The translations under genes and the position numbers were made by a program. From Podarcis muralis (lineage: Eukaryota): a DNA stretch of 64,000 nucleotides. Position 1 is the stretch's first letter, and the number at the start of each line of letters is the position of its first letter. The stretch spans positions 52,638,001 to 52,702,000 of the forward strand of contig NC_135661.1 of assembly GCF_964188315.1 (NCBI RefSeq), in the 5' to 3' direction. The notes under the pieces were generated by a model. It had not been told where the DNA came from. It saw nothing but the letters and a program-made list of their open reading frames with translations, and searched no databases. Of this stretch, positions 34,296 to 48,399 are shown piece after piece.

Positions 34296-37156
34296 TACAT
34301 GCTATGGAACCAGCGAGCAACCTCAGGGCCAGGATGCAGCACTTTGGACCTCTCCATCTGGTCCTTGGGACATTCATCCCTGAGACAAAGGCCTTGTTTG
34401 CCCCCTCCTTGAGTGCTTTGCTGACTGGAACACAGCCTTGAATTGTGAGCATGTGTCTTGCTTGCCTGGAAGAATGGATGGAGAGGGGTGTGTGGCTTAA
34501 ATAGAGCTTATGCTATGTGCATTGCTCGGTCCATTGTTGCCTTTGGCCCTGTCCTCCAATGGCAAGCAGCCCCTGGGTGGTTTTCCATGAAGGTATGTGG
34601 CCCGTGGCTTAAAAATGTTTTCCCATTGCTGGGTCCTATGCAATTAATCCACACACATCCCTCCATCCATGCTGAACAACCTGAGCACGGCAGCACTCTG
34701 CCCTGCTGTGGGGCTTCAGGAACCGTATTCAGAAGCATGTCACTCTTGATCCTGCAGACAGTATACAGTGCAGGCATCCTAACCAGCAGGCATTGCTAGC
34801 CTTATCCAGATGTTCAACAGCACCTGGAGGGCCATCTGCTTCTCTTCCAGGGTGAGCAGACTTCAGGCTTCCTTTCTCATGCTCTAGAAACATGTTCACT
34901 TATCAGTAAGGGCAAGCCTCTGGGCATGTGCAGAGCCCTTTCTAAATAAGCCAGAGCACTAACCTTGCAATTTTTGCTCCCAGAAGCGGAGGCACTATAA
35001 AAGTGCTTGTAGAGGAATTTGGGTAGTAGGCACAGCATATCTTGCTTTTTTATGGAAGGGCAGTTGCAATACAGAATTCTTCCCCCTGCTGGGGGCAGTG
35101 ATGATATGGGGATGCTGGCATTCTGCCTGGCATTCAGATGCTGTCAGTTAAAGAGTTTACGTTTTGATTTCTGGCAGTTGGGGAAGAATACATAGAAAGC
35201 CTTGACTAGTAGAGTGGGCATTTTTTGTTTTACGAGTTTGTTTTTGCATTACCACCATGGTTTCTGTAGCAGCCTTCCCATCAAGACAGCTTTCAGCACA
35301 GTCTACCCAGAGCCTGCATTTTTCACGGAACCTGGCATCCACCCAAAAGACACGTTGGAAGGAGTCTGGCTAAACAAGGAGAAAAATGGGCTTTAGGGTT
35401 ATCGCCTGGAGCTTAGGAAGGGAATCTTGATGTTGTTGTTGTTTAGTCATGAAGGAGATCTTGATGTTGACGGGAGGCAAAAGGGCCAGTCAGAGAACAG
35501 GTTTGTAGTGAGCACAGCAGGGTCACTGGGGGGAGTTAACGCCAGAATATAATTTATTCTGTAGATAACAGATTTGTTTCCATTTCCCGAACTCCCTTCC
35601 CTTCCCCTCCAAATCTCGGAAGGCCCCCAAATGCCCCTCCCGCTATGAGCCAGATATGCAGAGTCATGGCAGAGCAAAACATCTGGATCTGCTTCATTCC
35701 ATCATTCTCTTCCTTCTGGGATTTCCTGTTGCACACAGGAGAACCAAAGTGGCTGCCTTACATTTTTATCTTTGCACAGTGAATGGCGTTCCCCACCATG
35801 GGGGAATGGTATAACCTGGATGGGGTGACCATGTGTCTTACTTAATAGAGGAGAGCCCCATGTTTCAGAGTGGGCAGGCTTCAGGCTTGCAGGGTTTTAT
35901 CTCTCTCTTTTTTACTAGTTCCCTGAAATCCACTATGTGGGGGTTGGTGCAAAAGGAACACACTTAGAAGGAAAGAATTCTGAGCTTAGCAGTTTGTTTT
36001 TGAGTATCAGGATTGCATTAAGTTTGCAGTCCATCCACCCAGAAATCGACTCTGGGTTACCCCAACTTTTTAAATTTCAGCAGTAGAATTTAGCATGCAA
36101 GTGTGTGTGGGGGGAGGTCATTTTGCTGCTGCTAAACAGATGTTTTGTCTTTTGTATGATGCTTCATGGGTCTCCTGTCCTGTAAGTAAAAGAAGTTACG
36201 GGCTCTGAACCAACCAGATTTTATTGACTTTCACAAATTAAGCTGATGGCTGGTCTAAATATTGGCAGGCTTGTATCTGTAAGTCATGGAAACAGCAGAT
36301 TTCCATCTTGGACCAGGCTTATTCCAAGGCCTGAGTCCATGAAACTAAACAGAGAAAAGCAGCCAGAAATTCTCTCTAAGGTTGCCATTAGCATCTCAGA
36401 TCTGAAATAATACTGGGCCAAATTTGCATGAAAACAAGTCAGAACTTAATTGGAGCCAGGAGTCAACATTGCTGGGCTCTGGAATCAGGGTCACAAAGTT
36501 GCATCATGTTCCAGAAAATGTTTGGATGTAATATCCAGGGCAGGAAAGATCTTTTTGAGCATATACTGAGTTCTTACCATTCACCATGATATAGTGTCAA
36601 CCCCACACTCAATCTCCTGTCCCTATACTGACACAACTTATTAAGAGATTTTGTACTGCTACATCTTTTGGGACAAGGTCTAAACAGGAAAAACCTGATT
36701 TCTTGACATACTGTTTTATTTATTATTTAAAGAATTTGTATTCCACTCTCCAACCAAAAAAACAAACAAAAAAAAAAAACAAAAAAAAAAGAGAGGCTCC
36801 CATAGCAGCTTACTGGTCACTTAAAAAAAAGAAAAGTCAATAAAAAAGACACCAAACAAAAGGAAAATGGATTTCTAGGAAGGAGGAAATCAAGAAAACA
36901 TGGGAACAAGTTTGAAGCTTTACTAAAACGTATGTATGAAATTGTGAGGAAACTTAAACTAGGAGCCCCCAGTCCAGACCCCTCATGCCAACTCTGGTTG
37001 AGACCACCAATAGCTGGAGCTAGTAAAACTGTACACCAGCAATGGTTTGGGCCTGACCGAGTCCTTTTATACCAGGGCAGACAGTGACACTTACTCTGGC
37101 TTTCCCTCCTCAGTGAATTTGTAGGGTTTAAACTTTAAAAGAGGATCTTTGTGGTA

Positions 37157-37515
37157 AAAAGGTAAAGGTACCCCTGCCCATACGGGCCAGTCTTGACAGA
37201 CTCTAGGGTTGTGCGCCCATCTCACTCAAGAGGCCGGGGGCCAGCGCTGTCCGGAGACACTTCCGGGTCACGTGGCCAGCGTGACATCGCTGCTCTGGCG
37301 AGCCAGAGCCGCACACGGAAACGCTGTTTACTTTCCCACCAGTAAGCGGTCCCTATTTATCTACTTGCACCCGGGGGTGCTTTCGAACTGCTAGGTTGGC
37401 AGGCACTGGGACCGAGCGACGGGAGCGCACCCCGCCGCGGGGATTCGAACCGCCGACCTTTCGATCGGCAAGCCCTAGGCGCTGAGGCTTTTACCCACAG
37501 CGCCACCCGCGTCCC
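37157..37515 (-). mobile_element. Full-length Sauria SINE
   Basis: Head GGGACGCGGGTGGCGCTG, B box GGTTCGAATCC, ACCTTT tail. 13-bp TSD GATCTTTGTGGTA. Confidence 0.88.
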
Positions 37516-37890
37516 GATCTTTGTGGTAGAGGGTTCCAATTTATGGGTGCCCTTCTTCATGAGGTGGATGTGTTTCCCTCATTATTAACAACTGGGCATT
37601 TGATGATTCAAATATTCTCAACAGCCTTGAAATTATTCACTGTGCCTTTTTGAATGTTTCCAGAAGTTTAAAAATGTATTGAATGGTCTTCAACAACAAC
37701 AAAAACCAGTGTTTTGATATTTTGTGGTTTAGCATCCTGGACTCCTTTGCAACAAAATGTAGAAGAGAAATTTAACTAACTAAATGTGCTACAGACTCTA
37801 CCTGTTTCTTTTCTCTGCAGATGGATGTAGTCTATAGACAATTCCCCTAACACAATACTGCATGTTTCTTAGTGGAGATTTCTGGGAACA

Positions 37891-39126
37891 ATGAGAGTTC
37901 AATTCAAGGCTGATGCCATTTGCACACTCGTCCTGGTGGTCGTCCTTTTCACCATGCTCTATTCTCAACTGGGCCACACTTCCCTTAGAGAAGAAAAGGT
38001 GAAAGGTCAGAAGCCGCCATTAATGGCGACACGTAGGGCCTTCCACGTTCCCATCGCCCTCCAGAAACAGACTGCAGTAGAGAAGGCTAAAATGATTTCT
38101 TCAATGAAACCTGGCGAGGGCGGAGGCCAAGATGCCATGGTCACTACTCTGCCCCCCTTGACGCAGCCTGCTTTTGATTTTAAGCGTTACCTGAGGAACA
38201 AAGACAACCGGAAGTTTGACCTTCTCATTAACCAGCCAAAGAAATGCAAGAGGAACCCAGGGGGGCCCTTCTTGCTCATCGCCATAAAGTCACTGGTAGA
38301 GGACTTTGACCGCCGGGAGATTGTAAGGAAAACTTGGGGAAGAGAAGGGCCGGTCAATGGGGCGCAGGTGCAAAGGGTTTTCCTCCTGGGGGTCCCAAAG
38401 AACAAAACGGCGCTGCCAGCGTGGGAGAGTCTTGTTCATCAGGAGAGCCAGATGTATCGAGACATCTTGTTGTGGGACTTCCTTGACACTTTCTTCAATT
38501 TGACCTTGAAGGAGATACATTTCCTAAGCTGGGCTCGCGAGTTTTGTTTCAGTACTAAGTTCATATTCAAAGGCGATGCCGACGTCTTCGTCAACGTGGA
38601 AAACATTGTCAACTTCCTGGAGAGGCGTGATCCATCCGATGACCTATTTGTTGGGGACATCATCTATAACGCGCACCCAATCCGAACCCGCAAGAGCAAA
38701 TACTACATTCCGGAGACAATGTATGGGCTCAGCATGTATCCAGCCTATGCTGGGGGTGGCGGGTTCTTACTTTCCAGCAGCACCATGAAGAAACTCTCTC
38801 AGGCTTGTGGGGAGGTAGAACTCTTTCCTATTGATGATGTCTTCCTAGGCATGTGCTTACAAAGAATCAACCTGAAGCCCACCTTGCACGAAGGGTTCAA
38901 AACCTTTGGAATAACCAAGCCCTCTGCTGCTCCAAACTTGCAGACCTTTGATCCTTGTTTTTACAAAGATCTCATGGTAGTCCACAGCCTGAAGGGAGCT
39001 GAAATCTGGCTAATGTGGAACCTGCTGCACAACCCACGGCTCTCTTGCACCCAAAAGAAGCATGTAAAGAAGGCTTTCCGCTGGAAAATCAAAACTAAAG
39101 AGCCAACCAAAGATTATGCGACCTAA
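37891..39126 (+). CDS. B3GNT9: UDP-GlcNAc:betaGal beta-1,3-N-acetylglucosaminyltransferase 9 (GT31), single coding exon, 411 aa
   Basis: N-terminal signal-anchor, then FDFKRYLR, LLINQPKKC, DTFFNLTLKEIHFL, FKGDADVFVN, YPAYAGGGGF, ELFPIDDVFLGMC and TFDPCFY motifs. Upstream acceptor ttctctgcAG near 37820. Syntenic between TRADD and PHAF1. Confidence 0.95.
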   Translation: MRVQFKADAICTLVLVVVLFTMLYSQLGHTSLREEKVKGQKPPLMATRRAFHVPIALQKQTAVEKAKMISSMKPGEGGGQDAMVTTLPPLTQPAFDFKRYLRNKDNRKFDLLINQPKKCKRNPGGPFLLIAIKSLVEDFDRREIVRKTWGREGPVNGAQVQRVFLLGVPKNKTALPAWESLVHQESQMYRDILLWDFLDTFFNLTLKEIHFLSWAREFCFSTKFIFKGDADVFVNVENIVNFLERRDPSDDLFVGDIIYNAHPIRTRKSKYYIPETMYGLSMYPAYAGGGGFLLSSSTMKKLSQACGEVELFPIDDVFLGMCLQRINLKPTLHEGFKTFGITKPSAAPNLQTFDPCFYKDLMVVHSLKGAEIWLMWNLLHNPRLSCTQKKHVKKAFRWKIKTKEPTKDYAT

Positions 39127-39569
39127 GGATTGACTTGCATGAGTGAATGAACATCACACAGGCCTAGCACTGCTGATGCGACTTGCACATTATCCGACAT
39201 TGCCTGAAACCTACAGTGTTTTAGGCGGAGATATCAAGTAATGAAAATGCTTGCTTAAGCCAACCCTAATTTCTACAGTTGTGTTAGTGAGGGAAATATA
39301 TGGAGTGGAATCCAATGTGGTTCCCTTTGTTTGCTCACAACAAGTTTGCAATCACAGAAGCAGCCCTTAGGAACATAGGGGCGAAGCAAGCTGTCTTCTA
39401 TGAAGTCCGACCAGTGGTTCCTCTAGTTCAGTATTGTCTACACTTAACAAGCATAACTCCCAGAGGTCCAAACATATGAAATATGTATTCTCAGAATATG
39501 CTCAAAGAAAGCCTGCAAAATTCACCCATGTGAATACGTACGTTTAGAAAGGTCTGCAAAGGTTGTAAA

Positions 39570-41356
39570 GAGTACAGACTTTGCTATACATGAAGTCCAA
39601 GATTTGATCCCTCAAGAACCTCAAATAGGTCTGGGAAAGACCTGTCTGAACCCCTTGTGAGTTGCTGCCAGTTGGTATAGACAATACTGAGTGAGATGGA
39701 GCAGTGCTTTGGCTCTGAATGATGCCTGCTCATGCTGCCAGATTTATTTGTTAGGAATAATAGAGCATTAAGAGGAAGGTCCACTGTTGCAGGGCCATTC
39801 TGATGTAAATGCCTATTGAAAGAGCTTGTTTATACAGACACCCACTCAACTTTTTTCACATATACCTAAAGCTATTACAAGGACAATCTAAAACACTGCA
39901 TTTGAATGTCCTATGTTGTGGTTTCACTACAACACGCAAATCAAATTACTCTGACTCTGTCTTCATTTGTGTACTCTGCTGTTTGAAAAAAAAAGGAAAC
40001 AAAAATCATTTTACCTCCTAGCTCATCAAAACCTCCATAAATTATGTTCCGTCTCAAAGCAAAACGCAGGAGGATAATCTTTAAAAGTGCCAAATTTAAA
40101 ATAGCAGTTTGGGATCTGGCAGGCAGATAAAAGACAGTGTGTGTAGACTTATTGGTGTAATCAAGGTGGATCCAACCCTGTTCCAAAAATGTCTGTTTCT
40201 TAATTTATTGGACTTTCAAATGTATGTGTTCCCTTCACAGTGTTTACCATTTAAAAGCAGACACAACCAACACAGGACAATATAATCCACAACGAATGTG
40301 ACTTCTCTCAGATGAAACATCAGATGAAAGAGAGTTTGGATTTGATATCCCGCTTTATCACTACCCTAAGGAGTCTCAAAGCGGCTAACATTCTCCTTTC
40401 CCTTCTTCCACCACAACAAACACTCTGTGAGGTGAGTGGGGCTGAGAGACTTCAGAGAAGTGTGACTGGCCCAAGGTCACCCAGCAGCTGCATGTGGAGG
40501 AGCGGGGAAGCGAACCCGGTTCACCAGATTACGAGACTACCGCTCTTAACCACTACACCACGCTGGGAGCCTCAGCTTGCAGCAGATGTTAAAAGATCAT
40601 GGTGTATTAGATCCTGGATCCTGTACATCACACATGTTCTAAAAACCGATCTTGGCCAGGTTCAGCATATGCATTTCACAGTTGCACTTTCTGAGGGTTT
40701 GGGGCAAGAATCTTTCCCAGCCCTATCTGGCTCAGTGGCTTTCCAGGGTTTCAGGCAGGAGAGAATTCCCAGTCCTAATTGGAGATGCCAGGTATTGAAC
40801 CTGCATGAAAATAAAGTTCTCTACCACCAATCTCTGGTCCTTCCCTGACACTGGGAAATACCCTGACACAGGAAGCTGCCTATTGGTCCACCTAACTCAG
40901 TATTGCCGACACTGACTGGCAGTGGCTCTCCAAGGTTTCAAACACTGAGTCTTTGCCAGCCTTCTTTGGATATGCTGGGGATTCAACTCGCAACCTTCTG
41001 CATGCAAAACAGATGCCCAGCCTCTGAACTACATCTTTTTAAAAGCTATGATTTATGGTTTATTGTGATTTGTAAATGAAGTCACTACTTTACTTACCTG
41101 TATATAAACATGAGGCAAAATGAAGACAGATCCCTTGGATTGTACAATTAGTCGGCTCCCTTTCTGGTCTTAAAAAGTCACTCAGGGCTAAGGCACAAAT
41201 TGAGAAGTGTACTGGACTCTAGAAACACAAATCTCATTCAAAACAGCAGAAGGCATTTTCTTTGTCAGATCCGACACCAATGCAGTAGTTCAGGGGAGAG
41301 TAGGAACAGAAGAGAGTATCTTCAAAGAGGGTGTGGCTGGTTGGTTGGCACATTCA

Positions 41357-41400
<44 letters not shown>

Positions 41401-42770
41401 CACTGCATCATTTTGCTGCAGACCCATTTGATATCTCTCTGGTTTCTATTTGAACTCAGTGAGGAATCCTAATATATTCATTGCCGTAAGCACTTAGCGA
41501 AAGAAAAAACCCGCAACCATCTTTCAAATCATTGTTTGAAAGTGATAAATCCCCACCGTGACCCTATCAATACTGAATATAGAACAAAGGTTTTATTCAG
41601 GAAGACAGGCTAGCACCAGCAATTGAAAATCTGATCACAGCTTGATTATTTCACTGCAGAGAAAAATCTGTTTCAAATTAGGGGGGAAATTGTTCCTGGA
41701 AGAAGCGATACTGAGCTAGGCTGATGGTAAGAGCAGGGCAGCAGGGAGGGAAAGAGAACAAACAACACCAAGGGAACTGGAACAGCTTACCATACTACCC
41801 CACAGGACCAGACCAGCTGAAGGGGGGAAGGAAATGGCCTGTATGAGGAAGTAAATAGGATCTGTAGGGGCATCGCTCCTCTCTGCAATTCACGCCACAT
41901 GCAGCTTTTGTTCATGAGCCTCTGTGATCCCATCCAACTTGCTAACACATTGAGTGACTGTGGTGAAAGCAAGTAAGTTGCTGTTGACGTACGCCATTGC
42001 ACTGTTGCGTATGCATGTCAAAGGTACAGCTCCCTTTACTTTGAAAGATGACTGCTTGAATTGTGGAAGACTCCATCCTAGAACATCTGCTTTGCATGCA
42101 GAAAGTGCCATTCAATCCTCTGCATCTCCAGGTAGGGTTGGGGATCTCCCCTGCCTGAGACCCTGGAGAGTTACTGCCAATCTCTGTAGACTATACTGAG
42201 CCAGGTGGACAGATGGACTGAATTAGTATATGGCATATTTTCATTGTTCCTATGTTATTAAAACACTATTATGAAGTATGAGAAAGTGACTGACAACTGC
42301 TCTTAATCAGGCTGGGGTTTGTTTTGCATTTTCATTCTTGACTATGTCCACAAGCAGACTTATACCCTTTCGCTGAGAATCTTGCATGTTCTCCATCCAA
42401 ATATTTATCTTTCACTCCTACTGAAGTGGCACACCTGAAGAGCCCGCCAAGCAATCGGTAGGGATTAAAAGATTATATTAGATTTCTTGAAGAGGTTAGC
42501 TTTGTCTGTAAGTAAGATGCTGTGGAAATACTTAAGGGACAATACTGACTGATTAGGGAACTCAGATTAGTTAGGGGGAAAGTCACAGATGAGTGGGAGA
42601 GCATCTGCTTTGCATGCAGACCGTCCTAGGCTCAGTCCCCCGAATCTCTAGGTAAAGCTGGGAGAGACCTCTGTCCAAAACCCTAGAGAGCCACTGCCAG
42701 CCAGTGTAAACAATACTGAGCTAGATGATCCAATGATCTGACTCTGTATAAGGCAGATTTCTGTTGTTTA
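39570..42770. repeat. Cluster of degenerate tRNA-derived SINE copies (agagcatctgctttgcatgcag family)
   Basis: Copies at about 39570-39740 (+), 40660-40850 (-), 40860-41040 (-), 42060-42260 (+) and 42580-42770 (+). Others at 24100-24500 (-) and 16410-16560 (-). Confidence 0.6.
40330..40566 (-). mobile_element. tRNA-derived SINE, same family as 16581
   Basis: Near-identical to 16581-16822. Confidence 0.75.
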
Positions 42771-45700
42771 CATTTATGGATTGCTATATACCTTTCATAT
42801 ATACAGCATTACACTTTAACCTTCAATCAAAAAATGGGGTTAGTATCTACACCAGGAGCACCTGTCACTGTAGAAATTACACAGAAGTTGACCTACAACC
42901 TCTCATCCTGCACGGTAGAAAGCCATGTCCCCATCTTTCAGTCAGATAATACAGTATCTTTCAGCCTTTCAGTGCAGTAATACCACCTCAGTTCACATTT
43001 TAGGAATTTTTTGGACAAAAGACCCCCAAATTCCAGCCAAAGCCCTGTATTTGGTGTATTTATCTTTTTAACCTCAGCAAATGTAATGTGCTGGGGTAAG
43101 AAATGTTCCAATAACACTGATTCAGGGGAAGATGGGGCTCACCAAAATGAACGCAGCCGCCGATAAAATTTTCCAGCAAACACAGGTAGTTCATTGAGCC
43201 GCTGGTAGGCTCCATCCAGCAGACCTTTTATACTTTCTCCTTCCTTCAACATGCCCTACAAATATTAAGGTAGATGCCACTCTGCAATACTGCCAGGTCC
43301 ATTGCAGTGCCCTGCCTCCTGGATGCTGTTTAGTGGGGTGTGGTGGTTGCAGTGTTATTTTACAACTGGGGAAACTCAGATTCAAACACCCCACTAATCC
43401 ACAAAGGGCTTGCAGGGTGACCTTGGGCCTATCACTATCTTTCAGCAGGCTATTCCAAGGATATAGTAAAAGGGAGGAATCATGAGTTTCTTGGATGAGG
43501 ACACAAAATTCAAATAATAAACATAGGATCAATGGTGGGAAACAAATCAAAGACTCATCATTAATTGCAAAATACAGACACTCAGCAACTGTATTTAAAC
43601 AACACAGTAACTGAGACTCATTTTATTTGTCCTTTCAATGTACATGCTAGTTATTCATTTCATATAATTTACAAGAGGCTTATGAAAAACAGAATTCATG
43701 TTAGAAAGGAAAGAATTGGGGGATTTTCTCAGCAAGCAATGATCATGGGTGGGGGGAACAGTACATTATGAAGAAGAGCAACATCTAGAAATAAAGGTAA
43801 AACAAAAATCTGTTTTCCTGTAATCCATTAAATTCTCAGTGGGGCTTCCTTTATTTCTTTTTAAGTAAAACAGTATAGAATGTCACAGTATACAGGAAGA
43901 CTAAATGGCGAAAAGGAGATCACCCATACCCACAAATATACGCAACACGCACACACACACTTATCCCTGCTACTGGTCCAGGATCCAAAACGTTTAGTTA
44001 AACATCCTAAAATTCCCTATTTCCCATTCGTTGGTAAACTATACAGGATTACACTGTACATGGTGTTAAAATTACAAAAGGTTTCGTATTTACAAAATCT
44101 GTACACGCATTTGCAAAACCCACAAAAAATCGTCTATATATCACAAGTTGCTACACCAAAATATTAAAAATGGGATAAAATTATACATTTCTCTTTTCTC
44201 TCTCTTTCTCTCTCATTTTAAAAAGGGTCAATATTTCAAAGATGACCGAGACAGACAGAGACTATCTACTTTCCCCACAATAAGACTGGTAAGAGAGCTG
44301 CAAACCCCAGATCCACTTGAGATAATGACTGCAGAGTCTCTAACTGGAAGCCGCTGATCTCCTGTCTGCTGGGGGTGGAGGGGCAGAGTGTGCAGAACTA
44401 TGTATGTACAGAAATGCTGAATCAAGATTAAGGATCTCTTTGGCTAACATTTTGGCATTAAATTTAAAAAGAAGATGAGAGAGAGATGGGAGGGGTGGAA
44501 AGAGAGGCAATTCCTCCCCTCTCCAATGTGCTATGTACGTAATCACCCAGAGCGCAATCTGCCAGGATCGTGTCCCGTGGAAGCCTCTTGGGAAACTTCT
44601 CTTGCATTAAGGCTGCACAACTTTAATTTCATTTTGATGAGACTTGGGTGGGAGCAGTTCTCAGTGCTGCACCCCACTTCCTCTCCTACCCCTACTCTAC
44701 AGGACAAGGAAGAGGAAGTAAGAAATCCTAAATTGATGCTTGTCACACAATTGCAAGACGAGACAACTGTGTTTACTCTTACAGGACCAAATACTTTCCC
44801 CCTCCTGTTTTATGTACAAGCAAAAATGGTATCAAAACCCTTAAGACAGACATAATTCAGAGGAATAATCTACTCGACTTCCCCCCCTTCTCCTTATGGA
44901 CACGGTATATATAAAAAACACATTAGTTAACCAGGCATGGCAGAAAATAAGTCGCTTCAGCATGTCAAGTAAATATTAGTGCAGAAAAGGTGGGATTCTT
45001 CCCCACTGTATAAATAAGCTTTATGCGTGGCAAACAATTAAATAAACCATCGTACCCCACTCACGCCCAGTACACAGATGCTCCTCAGTGAATATTAAAA
45101 TGTATTATCAAGTAATTAAAGTGTATGTAGTGCAAAAATGTTACAACCAAGTCTTATGCACATGCTGCTTTGCACTTGTTTCAACATCAGACAAACATGT
45201 GGTGCCTGAAATCATGGACACGTATATATACATACTTGTCACATTTGGTACGATGTCTTAGCCACAGAAATACCCATGTACTTTATTTTATATATACACC
45301 TATATATAAGGGGTGTGTCTATGTGTGTGTATACACACCCACACATACATTGTTGTCCTTTAAAAAACATGACTACCATTACAGTTTACACAAACACAGA
45401 CCGGGAAAAAATATATCCAATACCTGCTTCCAGATGCTCCAAGGCTCAGAAAGTTTGTGCTTCTAAGTCGTGCAGTCATTTGTGTGCCCTCTCGTTTAAA
45501 GCTCATCCTTTTTCCAGCTCAGGAAAGAAAGACCAGTCTGTTTACATCCACACGGTAAAGGATGAGGGCAACCGAGAGGAGAAAAATCAACGGCGACAGG
45601 CACCTAATTGCTCATTTCCATGCCCTGTGATGAACAGTCAAGAGGATTTCCCATCCTGCTCCATGCACAGGTGGCAAAAGACAGTTTTTGAACACACACA

Positions 45701-45817
45701 CACACACACACACACAACACACACACGTCCATCATACCGTGCTTTTCCATATTATAAGTGGCAGCAAATCAAGGCACGCTGTACTAATTTTGTAGCATTT
45801 TGATTAGCTGATATCGC

Positions 45818-45946
<129 letters not shown>

Positions 45947-46998
45947 TTAGCGTCAGAAGGATGACAGAATTCAAATTCCTCCAAAAAGAAGCCCAAATAG
46001 CTGTTTTTATTGGAAAATCAATAAAAATGATTTTTTAAAAACCAAAAAGAACCCCAAATAGGTTAGCAGTAATATGGAGAACTAACACTGCCCAGTGGAC
46101 TAGAGACTTGATCTGCGTGACCTGGACTCAAACCCCAGACTAGCCATGGATTCCTTTGGTGGCTTCAAAATAAAAGTCTCTTCGAAACTGGTTTTAAACA
46201 TGAAGCCCCTTTTAGTCTTTTTTTCACTGGCTCATTTAGACAGCGGGGCCTGCAGGTGGCTCCTAACCTTACCTTATGCAGCCCTTGCCATCTCCTGAAG
46301 CAGCCCCATTCTTCCACCGCATCAGAGCTCCTTCCTTTTTTATTTCTTCTTTTCTCTTGGCTTTTAAAAGTCCCCCAATATTGCCCTTCCTATATAATTT
46401 AAGAACTGGAAGAGGCACTATTTTACTGAATAAAAATAAATTGAGTCACCCCCCCCCCCCCCCCGTTCTATGGCTCAAGGTAATGAAATTTCCCTTCTGT
46501 GCATAGAACACAGTAAAGAAGAAAAACTTGTATTCATCTGTTGAATTTACTAGATAAACAAATCCTTGGTATGCCAATCTGAGAGTAACCCCATCAAACC
46601 CAGTAGGGCTTACTTCTGAAAAAAACTGCGCAGGATTGGAAATTCTAATCTGAGAAAGCCATGGTGAAAACTGATGTCTTTTTCACTTTTTTTCTCTGGC
46701 TCCACCCATTATGTTCCACCCCCACAAAATAACCACAAGTGAATGAGGCCCTCAATCATGTTTCCCATCCCAGTGTGGAAAATAAGTTTTTATCATTGCA
46801 TCCAAGTTCTTTTTATCCTACTACAGAGCTAGACTTGATAATGATGTGCATTGTGCGATTCACTTCAAATTTGTCTGCTGAACTGGTCCCCCACACAATG
46901 GACTTAAGTGTATCCCACACCACATCAGCCAGGAATGCAGAGTGCTTCAACAGTACAACATGGGAGAAATGTCCACAGACTTGCAGAACCAGCCACTA

Positions 46999-47181
<183 letters not shown>

Positions 47182-47633
47182 TTATATTCAATATTTTTGT
47201 AACACCCAATATCAGCATAAACAACAAAACCTATCTTTCTAGGGAATCAAACGGAATTTTTCATTACAAAGGTATAATGCTCAACCATGTTTTGCTTTCC
47301 TCCACCGCTAGTAAGCATTGCGAGTTTGCAGCAAAGTAGAATGTGGAACTATTGTGAAAGATTACACATTCAGCAAGGTAACTACAATGAAGGCAGATTC
47401 TTTGCTTTTCCAGCCCCTCAACTTGCAAGGTGACAAATGAATCTATTTTATGTCTTACCAATGTCCCCTCCCAGGGACAGCACTTAGCTCTTCAAGCAAA
47501 CAGGGGTTTCTAGTTTTATGATTCTATAATCATGGCACATTTAATTCAGTGAAGCTGTTGAGTATTATTAGGCCTCTCTTTCTCGTAGTCACTTGAAATC
47601 CAATCAAGTCCTATCCAAGTGACAGAATAAAAT

Positions 47634-48311
47634 GTATGCAGTAACAGCAGCAAGAATACTTATCGCAAAGCACTGGAAGACACAAGATTTGCCCACTCTG
47701 GAAGAATGGCAGATGCAACTGATAGACTATATGGAATTGGCAGAAATGACTGGCAGAATCCGAGACCTGGGAGAAGAGCTAGTGGAAGAGGACTGGAAGA
47801 AATTTAAAGACTACTTGCAAAAGTATTGTAAATTGTATGAATGCTAGAAGGATGCGGGATATAAAGATAATATGGTATTAGTGATACAGTCGAAAGGAGT
47901 ATGTAAAAAATGGTTTACAGAACAAAGGTGAAGCCAGAATAATATTATGTCAAACTTAAATAATATGAAAAAATGGGGAAAAACTGGAGGCATAATAGTT
48001 GAAATGTATAATATGAAATAAGATTTGAAAGAAGGTGAGGTATTGCTGAAAAAGATTGTCTAAAAGGGAACACAGAGAAGGGAGATGCGAGGGAGTCTGG
48101 AAGGAAGATTATGAGAATAATATCTAAGAAACTGGTCTTTTTTCTATGTTCTTTTTTATGTCTTTTTTTCCTTGTTTTTTCTAATTGTGTTTTTCTGTTT
48201 TTTGGATAGAAGGTGATGGTGTTTTCTTTTTTCTTCTTCTTTTGTATTCTGTTTTGTGAAGCTTGTTTTACTGTATGAAACTTTAATAAATATCTTTTTT
48301 TTAAAAAAAAA
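47634..48311 (+). mobile_element. 5'-truncated L1/Tx1-like LINE
   Basis: ORF2 C-terminus (AARILIAKHWK...EEWQMQL...DWKKFKDYL), AATAAA 48285-48290, short A tail. 18-bp TSD CAAGTGACAGAATAAAAT (47616-47633, 48312-48329). Confidence 0.85.
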
Positions 48312-48340
48312 CAAGTGACAGAATAAAATAAAATGTTTAC

Positions 48341-48399
48341 CTGTGAAGTACCACTGGCTTCTCTACAGGATGTCCAAGAAGGTCCTGAATATTGTCCCA
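48341..48399 (-). CDS. PHAF1: PHAF1 exon
   Basis: WDNIQDLLGHPVEKPVVLH + AG|GTAAAC, 59 nt. Confidence 0.92.

Noticed and set aside
34990-35010. Perfect TATAAAAG upstream of B3GNT9
   Set aside because: Isolated motif with no supporting exon or CpG context. Expected by chance.
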